Notes under the pieces: generated by a model | Databases searched by the model: none | Told to the model about the DNA's origin: nothing | What the model saw: only the letters and a program-made list of their open reading frames with translations | Shown here: positions 35,771 to 45,177 of the stretch, one piece after another | How positions within the stretch are numbered: position 1 is the first letter of the stretch | How the letters are laid out: every line of letters begins with the position of its first letter | Source: Acidimicrobiales bacterium | GTDB taxonomy: Bacteria; Actinomycetota; Acidimicrobiia; Acidimicrobiales; CADCTF01 | Length of the DNA: 64,000 nt | Direction of reading: 5' to 3' | NCBI GenBank assembly: GCA_036261495.1 | Contig: DATAKR010000156.1 | Span: forward strand, 2,603 to 66,602 | Position numbers and translations under genes: made by a program

Positions 35771-36534
35771 GCGGGCGATTCGATCTCACCGGGAAGGTGG
35801 CGGTGGTCACCGGCGGCAGCCGCGGCCTCGGCCGGGCCATGGCCGGCGCATTCGCGGAGCAGGGCGCCGACGTCGTGATCGCGAGCCGCAAGCTCGACGC
35901 CTGCCAGGCGGCGGCCGCCGAGATCACCGCGGCCACCGGTTGCCGCACGCTCGCGGTCGCCTTCCACGCCGCCCGGTGGGACGATGCCGACCGGCTGGCC
36001 GGCGCCGTCTACGACGAGTTCGGACGCTGCGACATCGTCGTCAACAACGCCGGCATGTCGCCGCTCTACCCCTCGCTCGCGGAGGTCTCGGAGGACCTGT
36101 TCGACAAGGTCGTGGGCGTCAACTTCAAGGGGCCGTTCCGGCTGTCGGCGCTCCTCGGCGAGCGCATGGCTGCGGCCGACGGCGGGTCGATCATCAACGT
36201 GTCGTCCGTCGCGGCCGTGCAACCCACGCCGGGCGAGCTGGTGTACGCCGGCGCCAAGGCCGCGCTCAACGCCATGACCGTCGGCTTGGCCCGCGCCTAC
36301 GCACCCAAGGTGCGGTGCAACGTGATCATGCCGGGGCCGTTCCTCACCGACATCAGCAAGGCGTGGGATCTCGACGCCTTCCGGCGCTCGGCGGCCACGG
36401 CGATCCCGCTGCAGCGCGGCGGCGAGCCCGACGAGATCGTCGGCGCCGCGCTCTACCTGGCGAGCGACGCGTCGAGCTACACCACCGGCGCGGTGATCAA
36501 GGTCGACGGCGGCATGGCGTTCCCGCCGGCGTGA
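35767..36534 (+). CDS. SDR-family oxidoreductase
   Basis: TGGSRGLG Rossmann motif and YAGAKAAL catalytic motif. ATGA overlap with the ACAD gene. Confidence 0.9.
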   Translation: MSGRFDLTGKVAVVTGGSRGLGRAMAGAFAEQGADVVIASRKLDACQAAAAEITAATGCRTLAVAFHAARWDDADRLAGAVYDEFGRCDIVVNNAGMSPLYPSLAEVSEDLFDKVVGVNFKGPFRLSALLGERMAAADGGSIINVSSVAAVQPTPGELVYAGAKAALNAMTVGLARAYAPKVRCNVIMPGPFLTDISKAWDLDAFRRSAATAIPLQRGGEPDEIVGAALYLASDASSYTTGAVIKVDGGMAFPPA

Positions 36535-37565
36535 TCGACGGCGTCGACCTCGATGCCCTCGCCGCGTGGATGGACGGCGAAGGTCTGCCGGGCGGACCCA
36601 TCACGGCCGTCGAGCAGCTGGCCGGGGGCACGCAGAACGTCCTCGTGCGCTTCGAGCGGGGCGGCGAGCGCTACGTGCTCCGGCGGCCGCCACTCCACAA
36701 GCGGGGCAACAGCGACGAGACGATGCGCCGCGAAGCCCGCGTGCTGGGCGCCCTCGCCGGGTCGGGCGTTCCGCACCCGCGCCTCATCGCGGCCTGTGGC
36801 GCCACCGACGTCCTGGGCGCGGCCTTCTACCTCATGGAGCCCATCGACGGAGCCAACCCCACGGTCGGGTTGCCGGAGCCGTACCTCGCGGATCGGGAGT
36901 GGCGGCGCGCCCTCGGCCTCGCGATGGCCGACGGTGCGGCCGCGGTCGGCGCCGTCGACCATGTCGCCGCCGGGCTCGGCGACCTCGGCAAGGCCGAGGG
37001 CTACCTCGAGCGCCAGGTCGCGCGCTGGCAGCGCCAGCTGGCCTCGTACTCCGACCTCGCCGGCTACCCCGGTCCCGAGATTCCCGGTGTCGACGCGGTG
37101 GGCGGGTGGCTCGACGCCAACCGTCCGACCTCGTGGCGTCCCGGACTCATCCACGGCGACTACCACCTCGCCAACGTCCTGTGCGCCCTCGACCGGCCCG
37201 GGCTGGCGGCCATCGTCGACTGGGAGCTGACCACCATCGGCGACCCTCTGCTCGACCTCGGATGGCTGCTCGCCACCTGGCCCGACGACGGCGACGGGTC
37301 GAGCACGGGCGCGGCACCGGTCGCGCCGTGGGACGGGTTCCCCCGCGCCGCGGAGCTGGTGGCGCGGTACGGCGAGCGCTCCGATCGCAACCTCTCGGCG
37401 ATCGCCTGGTACGAGGTGCTCGCCTGCTACAAGCTCGGGATCATCCTCGAGGGCAGCCACGCCCGCGCCGCCGCCGGTCTTGCGCCGAAGGCGATCGGCG
37501 ACCGGCTGCACGCCACCACGCTCGGGCTCTTCGCCCGAGCGCGGCGGCGCATCGCCACTACTTGA
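36531..37565 (+). CDS. APH-fold phosphotransferase (ACAD10/11-kinase / LvaA-like family)
   Basis: Brenner motif LIHGDYHLANVL and IVDWELTTIGDPLLDLG. GTGA overlap with the SDR gene. Confidence 0.85.
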   Translation: MIDGVDLDALAAWMDGEGLPGGPITAVEQLAGGTQNVLVRFERGGERYVLRRPPLHKRGNSDETMRREARVLGALAGSGVPHPRLIAACGATDVLGAAFYLMEPIDGANPTVGLPEPYLADREWRRALGLAMADGAAAVGAVDHVAAGLGDLGKAEGYLERQVARWQRQLASYSDLAGYPGPEIPGVDAVGGWLDANRPTSWRPGLIHGDYHLANVLCALDRPGLAAIVDWELTTIGDPLLDLGWLLATWPDDGDGSSTGAAPVAPWDGFPRAAELVARYGERSDRNLSAIAWYEVLACYKLGIILEGSHARAAAGLAPKAIGDRLHATTLGLFARARRRIATT

Positions 37566-39714
37566 TCAGCGGATCGCGCGGCAGACCCAGGATCCGCTCG
37601 CCGATCTGGTTGCGCTTGATCTCGGAGGTGCCTCCCGCGATCGACATGGCCCGGTGCATGAGCACGAGCATGTTGCTCATCGCGCCCTCGCCGTCCATGA
37701 ACGCGGCCTCCGGCCCGCTGAGCTCCGACAGGATGGCGGCGGCCTCGTGGCCGATCTCGGAGAGGACGAGCTTCGTCATGGCCCCCTCCGGTCCGGGCTC
37801 TGCACCCGACACGGCGCGGTTGGCGCTGCGCAGGTTCAGCAGGTTCATCGCCTGGTGCTCGGCGATGTAGCGGCCGACTCGGGCCGCGCCGCCGGCGAGG
37901 CGCTCGGGATGAGCATCGAAGGGGGCCACCAGTGCGTCGCCCGGCAGCGACATGCCGCCCTGGCCACCGCCGATGCTGACGCTCTCGTTGCCGAGCGTGG
38001 CGCGGGCGACGGTCCAGCCACCATCGATCGGCCCGACGACGTCGTCGTCGGGCACGAACACGTCGTTGAAGAACACCTCGTTGAACTCCGACATGCCGCT
38101 CGTCATGCGCAGCGGACGGACCTCGACACCCGGGGCCTTCATGTCGATGACCATCGTCGTGATGCCGTCGTGCTTCGGCACGTCGGGGTTGGTGCGGACG
38201 GTGGCGAAGCCCTTGCCGGCGACGTGCGCGCCGCTCGTCCACACCTTCTGGCCGTTGACCAGCCAGCCACCGTCGACGCGGGTCGCCTTGGTCTTGATCC
38301 CCGCGGCGTCGGAGCCGGCGTCCGGCTCGCTGAAGAGCTGGCACCAGATGACCTCCTGGCTGAGCGCGGACGGCACCCAGCGCTGCACCTGGTCGTCGGT
38401 CGCGTGCTGGATGAGCGTGAGGATCACCCACCCGGTGATCCCGTAGCCCGGACGCTTGACGCCGGCCTTCTCGAACTCCTGCTCGATGACGAGCTGCTCG
38501 ATGGCGCCGGCCTCGCGACCCCAGGGCTTGGGCCAGTGGGGCATCACGTAGCCGCTCTTGATGAGGGCGTCGCGCTGGGCGGCGGCGTCGAGGCCCTTGA
38601 TGCTGTCGGCGAAGGCGCGCACCTCTTCGCGGATGGGCTCGGCCTCGGGCGGCAGGTCGACGGTGCGCGCCCGGCGCACGCCCTTCCTCACGAGGTCGGT
38701 CAGCTCCGTGGCGGCCGCGTCGTTGTCGAGGAGCGCGCGCAGCGTCGTGGCGCGGCGGAGGTAGAGGTGCGCGTCGTGCTCCCATGTGAAGCCGATGCCG
38801 CCGTGCACCTGGATGTTGAGGTTGGCGCACAGGTCGGCGGCCGGCCCGGCGAGCGTCGCCGCCACCGCGGCGGCGTAGGTGAGCTGGTCGCCCCCCTTCG
38901 ACGCGGCGCGAGCCGCGTCCCAGACGGCGCTGGTGGCCAGCTCCGTCGCCACCACCATGTTGGCGCAGTGGTGCTTGACGGCCTGGTACATGGCGATGGG
39001 GCGCCCGAACTGCTGGCGCACCTTGGCGTACTCGGCGGCCGACTCGGTGCACTCGCGGGCGATGCCGACCGCCTCGGCCGCCAGGATCACCCGGGCCAGG
39101 TCGACGAACGCCCGGCGGGCGCCCGGCAGCACGGTGGCCGGCGCGTTGTCGAGGACGACCCGCGCCGATCGCCGCGTCGGGTCGAGGTTCGTGGGCGTCT
39201 GCACGGTTACACCGGGGGCGCCGGCCTCGATGACGACGACGTCGTCGCCCGCGCCGACCAGGATCACCGTCGCGAGGCCGCCGCCGAGCACGGTGCCCGC
39301 CGAACCCGACGCGGCACCGTCGCGCACCTCGACGCGGCCGCCGAGGCCGACACCGGCGACCGCCGTGCCGTCGACGAGGCCGGGCAGCAGACCCTTCCTC
39401 GCGGCGTCGTCGCCGGCCGCGACGAGGACGGCGCTGGCGACCACGGTCGGCACGAACGGACCCGGCGCGATGGCGCGGCCGAGCTCCTCGACGACGACGA
39501 CGAGCTCCTCGATGCCGTAGCCGGACCCGCCGTACTCCTCGGGAACGTGGAGGCCCAGCCAGCCCAGCTCGACGGCGTCCTTCCACAGGTCGGGCATCGG
39601 TTCGGTCGACGCTTCCAGCAACGCGCGGGCCGCGGCCCGCGAGTCGCGCCGCTTCAACACATCGGACGCGGTGGCGGCCAGAGCGCGGTGGTCTTCGGTG
39701 ATCGCGATGGACAT
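37558..39714 (-). CDS. Fused two-module acyl-CoA dehydrogenase
   Basis: 718 aa. First ACAD-like module ends ...IQVHGGIGFTWEHDAHLYLRRA. Second module has FSEPDAGSDAAG...NGQKVWTSGA...IAGGTSEIKRNQIGERILGLP. Confidence 0.85.
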   Translation of the reverse strand: MSIAITEDHRALAATASDVLKRRDSRAAARALLEASTEPMPDLWKDAVELGWLGLHVPEEYGGSGYGIEELVVVVEELGRAIAPGPFVPTVVASAVLVAAGDDAARKGLLPGLVDGTAVAGVGLGGRVEVRDGAASGSAGTVLGGGLATVILVGAGDDVVVIEAGAPGVTVQTPTNLDPTRRSARVVLDNAPATVLPGARRAFVDLARVILAAEAVGIARECTESAAEYAKVRQQFGRPIAMYQAVKHHCANMVVATELATSAVWDAARAASKGGDQLTYAAAVAATLAGPAADLCANLNIQVHGGIGFTWEHDAHLYLRRATTLRALLDNDAAATELTDLVRKGVRRARTVDLPPEAEPIREEVRAFADSIKGLDAAAQRDALIKSGYVMPHWPKPWGREAGAIEQLVIEQEFEKAGVKRPGYGITGWVILTLIQHATDDQVQRWVPSALSQEVIWCQLFSEPDAGSDAAGIKTKATRVDGGWLVNGQKVWTSGAHVAGKGFATVRTNPDVPKHDGITTMVIDMKAPGVEVRPLRMTSGMSEFNEVFFNDVFVPDDDVVGPIDGGWTVARATLGNESVSIGGGQGGMSLPGDALVAPFDAHPERLAGGAARVGRYIAEHQAMNLLNLRSANRAVSGAEPGPEGAMTKLVLSEIGHEAAAILSELSGPEAAFMDGEGAMSNMLVLMHRAMSIAGGTSEIKRNQIGERILGLPRDPLIK

Positions 39715-39769
39715 GCGCGCACCGTACGCCCATTTGCACGTCGCGTGCGAGAAGAAGGCCGGTGCGGCC

Positions 39770-40390
39770 TCAGCCCCCGGCTCGCACCGCGGTAGCGAGG
39801 AACAGCGGGTAGGTGCCCGTTGGACGCACGACATCGCCCACGGTCCGGAACGCCACATCGCCGAACCCCGCGGCCCGGAGCCGCTCTTCGAGCCACGGTC
39901 GGGCGAAGCCGTGGTGCCCGTCGAAGCCGTCACCGTGGAACGAGCCGTCCTCCTCCTCGAGGTCGACGATGCAGACGTGGCCACCCGCAGCCGTCAGCGT
40001 CGCGAAGGCCGAGAGCACGGCGTCGACCTCGGGGATGTGGTGGAGGGCCATCGAGGTGACGATCACGTCGAACGTCTCGTCCGGGACCGGACCCGACGAC
40101 AGGTCGACGTCCCAGACCCGGGCGTCGCGGAGCACGCCGGCCTCCACCTTGCGCTGCATGACCTCACGCATGCCGGCGGACGTGTCGGCAAGGGTGACCT
40201 CGCCGACGTCGTCAAGGAGTGCTTCCGTGACCAGCCCGGTGCCGGCGCCGTACTCGAGCATCCGCGCTGACCGGTCGAGGGCGACGGCGTCGCGGATCGC
40301 GGCCGCGACCTCGGCCGCCCTGGCGATCTTTGCCGGGTCGTCGTCCCAGGTGGCGGCCCGCTCATCGAAGCTTCCGTGCATGGCCGCCAT
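39770..40390 (-). CDS. Class I SAM-dependent methyltransferase
   Basis: Motif I MLEYGAGTGLVTEAL and FDVIVTSMALHHI. Confidence 0.85.
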   Translation of the reverse strand: MAAMHGSFDERAATWDDDPAKIARAAEVAAAIRDAVALDRSARMLEYGAGTGLVTEALLDDVGEVTLADTSAGMREVMQRKVEAGVLRDARVWDVDLSSGPVPDETFDVIVTSMALHHIPEVDAVLSAFATLTAAGGHVCIVDLEEEDGSFHGDGFDGHHGFARPWLEERLRAAGFGDVAFRTVGDVVRPTGTYPLFLATAVRAGG

Positions 40391-40449
40391 CTTCACACCC
40401 CGTCGAGCCGGAGCGTGCACCGGCTGCTCCCGTCGATCCCGGGAGCGGC

Positions 40450-41265
40450 TCAGGAGCCCATCATCGGGCTCGTCCCCGGGGTCGTGAGCCCGGGCACGGC
40501 CGACGGTGCGACGAGGAGCAGCACGCCGAGCGCGAGCAGCAGCAGCGCCGTCGTGAGCGACGCGACCCGCCGCCACGGAAGCGTCTTCTCGATGGCGATC
40601 AGGGCCGCGACGAACGCCATCCACACGACGCTCATGACCCCGAGCGCGAACAGCGACGCCATCAGTGCCCAGCAGCAGCCGACGCACCACGCCCCGTTCG
40701 TGGCACCCATGCGCACGGCTCCCGAGCGCCCGCCTCGCCACGTCCCGAGGAGAGACCCGAGCGGGCTCCGGCACTTGCCGAGGCACGCGTCCTTCAACGG
40801 CGTCAGCTCGTACGCGGCCGCGACGACGAGGGTCACGGCGGCGGCCCACCGCCCGGCGCGGTCCCATGCCAGCGCGCCGTGGGCGAGCGCGCCGACGACG
40901 GCGCCGATCGCGTAGGCCACGCTCCCGGCGCCGAGCCACGTGAGCAGGTAGCCCGAAACGAACAGGAGCGGTGACACCGGCGAGCGCTGCCGTGTCATCC
41001 GCGCGTAGAGCGCGACCGTCGGGGCGACCGACGGCAGCATCATCGCCGCCATCATCACGACCCACACCGCGAGGAACCAGCCGAGAGCCCCGAGATGCGT
41101 CCACGGACCGTCGTCCATCCCGCGCATCTGACCGACGGTCCACCACCAGCCGGCTCCTGCGAGCGCGAAGAGAAGGGCGACGAGCCCGAGCCGCGCCTTG
41201 GCTGCGGCGAACGCGGGCGCGAGCCCGGCGGGGCCGGCGACCGCCTCGCCGGCGGGAGCGCTCAT
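40450..41265 (-). CDS. DUF2182-family integral membrane protein (predicted metal-binding)
   Basis: WVVMMAAMMLPS, CLGKCRSP, WCVGCCWALM. Confidence 0.8.
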   Translation of the reverse strand: MSAPAGEAVAGPAGLAPAFAAAKARLGLVALLFALAGAGWWWTVGQMRGMDDGPWTHLGALGWFLAVWVVMMAAMMLPSVAPTVALYARMTRQRSPVSPLLFVSGYLLTWLGAGSVAYAIGAVVGALAHGALAWDRAGRWAAAVTLVVAAAYELTPLKDACLGKCRSPLGSLLGTWRGGRSGAVRMGATNGAWCVGCCWALMASLFALGVMSVVWMAFVAALIAIEKTLPWRRVASLTTALLLLALGVLLLVAPSAVPGLTTPGTSPMMGS

Positions 41266-41269
41266 GCCC

Positions 41270-41872
41270 TCAGGCGGCCCAGGAGAACCGCGACTTCGAG
41301 AGGGCGGTCTTGCCCTCGTACTGGATCCCGAAGGCGTTGATCCTCGAGCGCTTGGCCTCGGCCATCGTGAGATCGGAGCCGACCGGGTGGAACATTCCCG
41401 AGAACCGGACCGGCTCCCCCGTGTCGACGCCGAAGGGCACGACGTCTTCGACCTCGAAGTCGATGGCGTCGCCGACCTTCACGCTGTGGCGAAGGCCGTC
41501 GTCGCTCACGTCGATCGTGGCGCGCTCGGCGCCGAGCACCTCACCGACGAGCGGCGCGAGCGCCGCCATCGGGCCGCCCGCCTGCCCGCTGAACACCTGG
41601 ACGAGCTTCTCGAACTGCTCGTCGGTCGCCGTGTCGTCGATGAACATTCCGAGGCGCCAGTTGCCGTCGGTCATCACCTTCGGTGTGTCGGCGATGGCGG
41701 CCACCTTGAGCCCCCCGATGTCGGTTCCGTCGACCTGCCCCTCGCGGATGTTGAACACGAGCGTCACACGGCAGAAGTCGTACGTCGCACCGTGGTCGAA
41801 CGACAGGTTGCACGGACACATCAGCTCGCACGAGCACGTCTCGACGTAGCTGCCTTCGAGGTTCCACGACAT
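41270..41872 (-). CDS. DUF1326-family protein
   Basis: N-terminus MSWNLEGSYVETCSCELMCPCN. 4-nt gap to the DUF2182 gene. Confidence 0.8.
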   Translation of the reverse strand: MSWNLEGSYVETCSCELMCPCNLSFDHGATYDFCRVTLVFNIREGQVDGTDIGGLKVAAIADTPKVMTDGNWRLGMFIDDTATDEQFEKLVQVFSGQAGGPMAALAPLVGEVLGAERATIDVSDDGLRHSVKVGDAIDFEVEDVVPFGVDTGEPVRFSGMFHPVGSDLTMAEAKRSRINAFGIQYEGKTALSKSRFSWAA

Positions 41873-41974
41873 GGCCCACCCCCCGGGTCGCTGTCGCAGA
41901 TTCTGCGCCGCACCGGCGCCCCGGTCAACCGCGCGAATCGGTCGGTTGCGACCCTCCGCGCCGCGAGCGGCGCG

Positions 41975-42253
41975 CTACCCCGCCAGGGCGGCGACGGCGG
42001 GATCGAGGGTGGCCAGCCGGGCGATGTCGAGCCGCGTCGAGCGGAGCAGGCTCTCGTCACGCCGCGCGACGGCGTCGCAGATCGTCTGAAAGGCGCCGGT
42101 CGCGTTCATCGTGATGGCGTCGAGCGCACCGAGGCCGATGAGCGCCGCTCGGAGCAGGGGCTCCTCCGGCACCTCGCCGCGCTCGCGGAGCGCGACGACG
42201 CAGTCGGACACCCAGGCGTCGAAGTCGGGCGGTATCCGAGGACACGCGGGCAT
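41975..42253 (-). CDS. Hypothetical 92-aa protein
   Basis: GC3 counted at about 91% (84/92 codons). No family recognised. Confidence 0.6.
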   Translation of the reverse strand: MPACPRIPPDFDAWVSDCVVALRERGEVPEEPLLRAALIGLGALDAITMNATGAFQTICDAVARRDESLLRSTRLDIARLATLDPAVAALAG

Positions 42254-42289
42254 GCATCGAGACTACCGGCGCCGGTCGGACGACCGCCC

Positions 42290-43651
42290 TCACCCGCGCG
42301 CGCAGGCGGAGCCGAGATCTCGACCGGCCCGGGCCCAGGGTGCGCCGGCGCCGGCGGGCGTGAAGTCACCGGTGCGCGCGTCCTGCTCGTACTCCACGGG
42401 CGCGGGAGCGCCGGACGCGATGACCGAGAGCGCCTCGAGGAGATGGTCGACGTCGTCCGTCGTCGTCGAGATCCCCGCGCTCGCCCGGACCGCACCCGGC
42501 ATCGACCGCCGGTCGCCGGCGAGCACGTCGGCTCGATACGCGGCGATCTCGGCGGGGCCGAGTCCGAGCAGCCGGAGCAGGTAGGGGTGGGCGCAGAAGC
42601 AGCCATGGCGCACCCCGATGCCGAACTCGATGCTCAGCCGCGCCGCGACGAGCGCGTGGGGAGCACCGTCGACGGTGAAGGTCGCGACCGGTGTCGTCTC
42701 GATGTCGAGCCCGGGCCCGAGCAGCTCGACCCCGTCGATCGACGCGACACCGCGGCGGAGGCGCGCCGAGATGTGGCGATCGTGGTCGACCAACGTCGCC
42801 CACCCGATGCGCCCCAGCTCGTCGATGGCGGTGTGCAGCGCCACCGCTCCGACGACGTTCGGCGATCCCGCCTCCTCCCGCTCTGGCGGATCCGTCCACG
42901 CGACCTCGTCGAGGTCGACGACCTCGACGGCGCCACCGCCGGCAAGGAACGGGTCACCCTCGGCGAAGGTCTCGCGAGGGCCGACGAGGATCCCGGCGCC
43001 GAACGGTGCGTACATCTTGTGCCCGCTCCACACGACGAAGTCCGCGGCAGCCGGGAGGGGGCGGTGTGGGGCCAGCTGCGCGCCGTCGACGAGCACCGGC
43101 ACGCCTCGGTCGTGCGCGGCGTCGATGATGTCGTCGATCGGCGGCAGCCATCCCGTCACGTTCGACGCCCCCGTGATCGCGAGCAGCCGTGGGCGAGGGG
43201 TCGCGTCCAGCGCCGCGATCACGTCCTCCACGCTGAACACACCCTCCCGGCCGCACTCCACATAGCGCCGCCGCGCCACGCGGCCCCATGGGAGGAGGTT
43301 TGCATGGTGCTCGACCGCCGTGGTGACGACGACGTCGTCGGGTTCGAGCCGGAGCCGGTACGCGAGATGGTTGATGGCTTCGGTCGCGTTGCGGCAGATG
43401 ATCGCGATGTCGGGGCCGCCGGCCCGCCGCCCGGCGAACTCGAGCGCGGCGTGCCGAGCGTCCTCGTACGCGGCCGTGGCCATCTGCGACTTGTAGCCCG
43501 CACCCCGGTGGACGCTCGAGTACCACGGCAGGAACTCGTGGATGCGCGCCGCCACAGCGGGAAGAGCCGAGGTGGATGCGGCCGTGTCGAAGGACAGGTA
43601 GGGCCGCTCGCCCCCGATCACCGGCACCGGAAGGCGGTCACCGACGAGCAC
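42290..43651 (-). CDS. Class V aminotransferase-fold PLP enzyme (cysteine-desulfurase-like)
   Basis: TAVEHHANLLPW, SGHKMYAPFGAG (PLP Lys). Start set at GTG 43651 because GC3 is about 88% downstream versus about 71% upstream, with GAGG 8 nt upstream. Alternative GTG at 43735. Confidence 0.85.
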   Translation of the reverse strand: MLVGDRLPVPVIGGERPYLSFDTAASTSALPAVAARIHEFLPWYSSVHRGAGYKSQMATAAYEDARHAALEFAGRRAGGPDIAIICRNATEAINHLAYRLRLEPDDVVVTTAVEHHANLLPWGRVARRRYVECGREGVFSVEDVIAALDATPRPRLLAITGASNVTGWLPPIDDIIDAAHDRGVPVLVDGAQLAPHRPLPAAADFVVWSGHKMYAPFGAGILVGPRETFAEGDPFLAGGGAVEVVDLDEVAWTDPPEREEAGSPNVVGAVALHTAIDELGRIGWATLVDHDRHISARLRRGVASIDGVELLGPGLDIETTPVATFTVDGAPHALVAARLSIEFGIGVRHGCFCAHPYLLRLLGLGPAEIAAYRADVLAGDRRSMPGAVRASAGISTTTDDVDHLLEALSVIASGAPAPVEYEQDARTGDFTPAGAGAPWARAGRDLGSACARG

Positions 43652-43898
43652 GACCGGCGCCTCGGGGCTGGGTCCGCGGGCACTGGCACGTGCCGCGGCG
43701 CCGCCACGCGGCGCGGCATCGGCATCGTGTTCCACAGCCCCATCACACGTGAACGGCCGGTGATCGGGGAGGGCCGTTCGGCCCTCCAAACCGGACCGTA
43801 AGGGTCCCTCGGGCGGCCGCCATCGTGGGCGACCATGGGCGTGCCCCCCGTTCGTGCAAGGGTCACGTACGCGCAACCAGGGCAGGAGGAAGCTCGTC

Positions 43899-44258
43899 AT
43901 GGGCCACTTCACCGAAGTGATCGACGACCTCAAGGAGCCGACGCGCTCGCTCCGCCAGGCCGTACCCGAGCCGTGGGCGGGGTTCGCCGCCCTGCACCAG
44001 GCGGCCGTCGCCGAGGGGGCCCTCCCGGCCCGCATCAAGGAGCTGATGGCGCTCGCGATCGCGGTCGTGAAGCAGTGCGACGGATGCATCGCCTACCACG
44101 CCAAGGCGGCCGCACGCCGCGGCGCGACGCCCGAGGAGGTGGCCGAAGCGCTCGGGGTCGCGCTCCTCATGGATGGAGGCACCGCGTCGGTCTACGGCCC
44201 CCGCGCGTGGGACGCGTTCCGGGAGTTCGCGCCGGCGCCGACGCCCTCGGAGGGGTAG
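43899..44258 (+). CDS. Carboxymuconolactone decarboxylase / AhpD-like protein
   Basis: AGGAGGAAG SD. CxxC-H motif VVKQCDGCIAYHAKAA. Confidence 0.85.
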   Translation: MGHFTEVIDDLKEPTRSLRQAVPEPWAGFAALHQAAVAEGALPARIKELMALAIAVVKQCDGCIAYHAKAAARRGATPEEVAEALGVALLMDGGTASVYGPRAWDAFREFAPAPTPSEG

Positions 44259-44289
44259 CCGGCGCCGCCGAGCCGTTGCCGCGGCGCTA

Positions 44290-44318
44290 TTGACAACGTG
44301 GTTGCCACTACTTAGGTT
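44290..44318 (+). promoter_or_regulatory. Candidate promoter giving a leaderless or near-leaderless transcript
   Basis: TTGACA (44290-44295), 17 nt, TAGGTT (44313-44318). The ATG at 44327 is only 8 nt after the -10 hexamer. Confidence 0.35.
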
Positions 44319-44326
44319 CCCCGCCG

Positions 44327-45064
44327 ATGACGCGGCGCGTGGCGATCGTGAGTGAGGCGGCGGGCTATGTGGGCCCGAACCTGGCCCGGCTGCTGGCCGA
44401 GCGAGGACACGACCTGGTGGTCGGCGACCCGGCCGGCGGCCTCGTCGACGACCTGGCGGCCGCGGGAGCCACGGTCGAGGTCGTCGACGGTGTTCGTGAC
44501 CTGTCGAAGCCGGACGCGTCGGAGCGCCTCGTCCGCGCCGCGCTCGATCGGTTCGGCCGCGTCGACTCCGCCAGCGCGTTCACCGGTCGCATCGTGGTCG
44601 GCCGCTTCCTCCGCTCGTCGGTCGACGACCTGCGGGCCGCGCTCGTCGGGTGCGTCGAGGCTCCCTACAACTTCCTCCGCGCGGTCGTTCCCGTGATGGT
44701 CGAGCAGGGCGAGGGCCAGGTCCTGGTGTTCACGAGCGCATCCGGCGCGCGTCCCACGCCCGGTGCCCCGCTCTACTCCTCGGCCCGAGCCGGGGCCAAC
44801 ATGCTCGTCCGCAACGTCGCGGCCGAGGTGGTCGGCAAGGGCGTACAGGTCAACGCCATCGGAACGAACTTCATGGACTTCCCCGAGTTCCTCAAGGCGA
44901 ACCGGGCCGAGGACCCGGAGGGTCGGGCCCGCGTCGAGTCGATGGTGCCGATGGGCCGCCTCGGCACGCTCGACGAGCTCGCCCACTTCGCCATGCCGTT
45001 CGTCGACGGAACGAGCCGGTTCACGACCGGGCAGTTCGTCGCGTTCGCGGGCGGCTGGGCCTGA
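44327..45064 (+). CDS. SDR-family oxidoreductase
   Basis: 245 aa, VAIVSEAAGYVGPNLA...YSSARAGANML. Confidence 0.85.
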   Translation: MTRRVAIVSEAAGYVGPNLARLLAERGHDLVVGDPAGGLVDDLAAAGATVEVVDGVRDLSKPDASERLVRAALDRFGRVDSASAFTGRIVVGRFLRSSVDDLRAALVGCVEAPYNFLRAVVPVMVEQGEGQVLVFTSASGARPTPGAPLYSSARAGANMLVRNVAAEVVGKGVQVNAIGTNFMDFPEFLKANRAEDPEGRARVESMVPMGRLGTLDELAHFAMPFVDGTSRFTTGQFVAFAGGWA

Positions 45065-45177
45065 GCCTCGCCTCGGCCGGTGAACGTTCAGCCGGCGTTC
45101 GCGGAATCGAAACGCGCCGGCCGTTCCCTCGACGCACCGCCGTGGTTGGCTTCGTTGCGACGAAGGGGGTGGTCGAG

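Noticed and set aside
37427-39795. Two ORFs of about 770 aa (minus strand in another frame, and plus strand) overlapping the fused ACAD gene
   Set aside because: Both are Arg/Pro/Gly-rich and low-complexity. The ACAD frame alone carries recognisable motifs.
41198-43801. 867-aa plus-strand ORF
   Set aside because: It is antisense to the DUF1326, 92-aa and aminotransferase genes, with no motifs. High-GC artefact.
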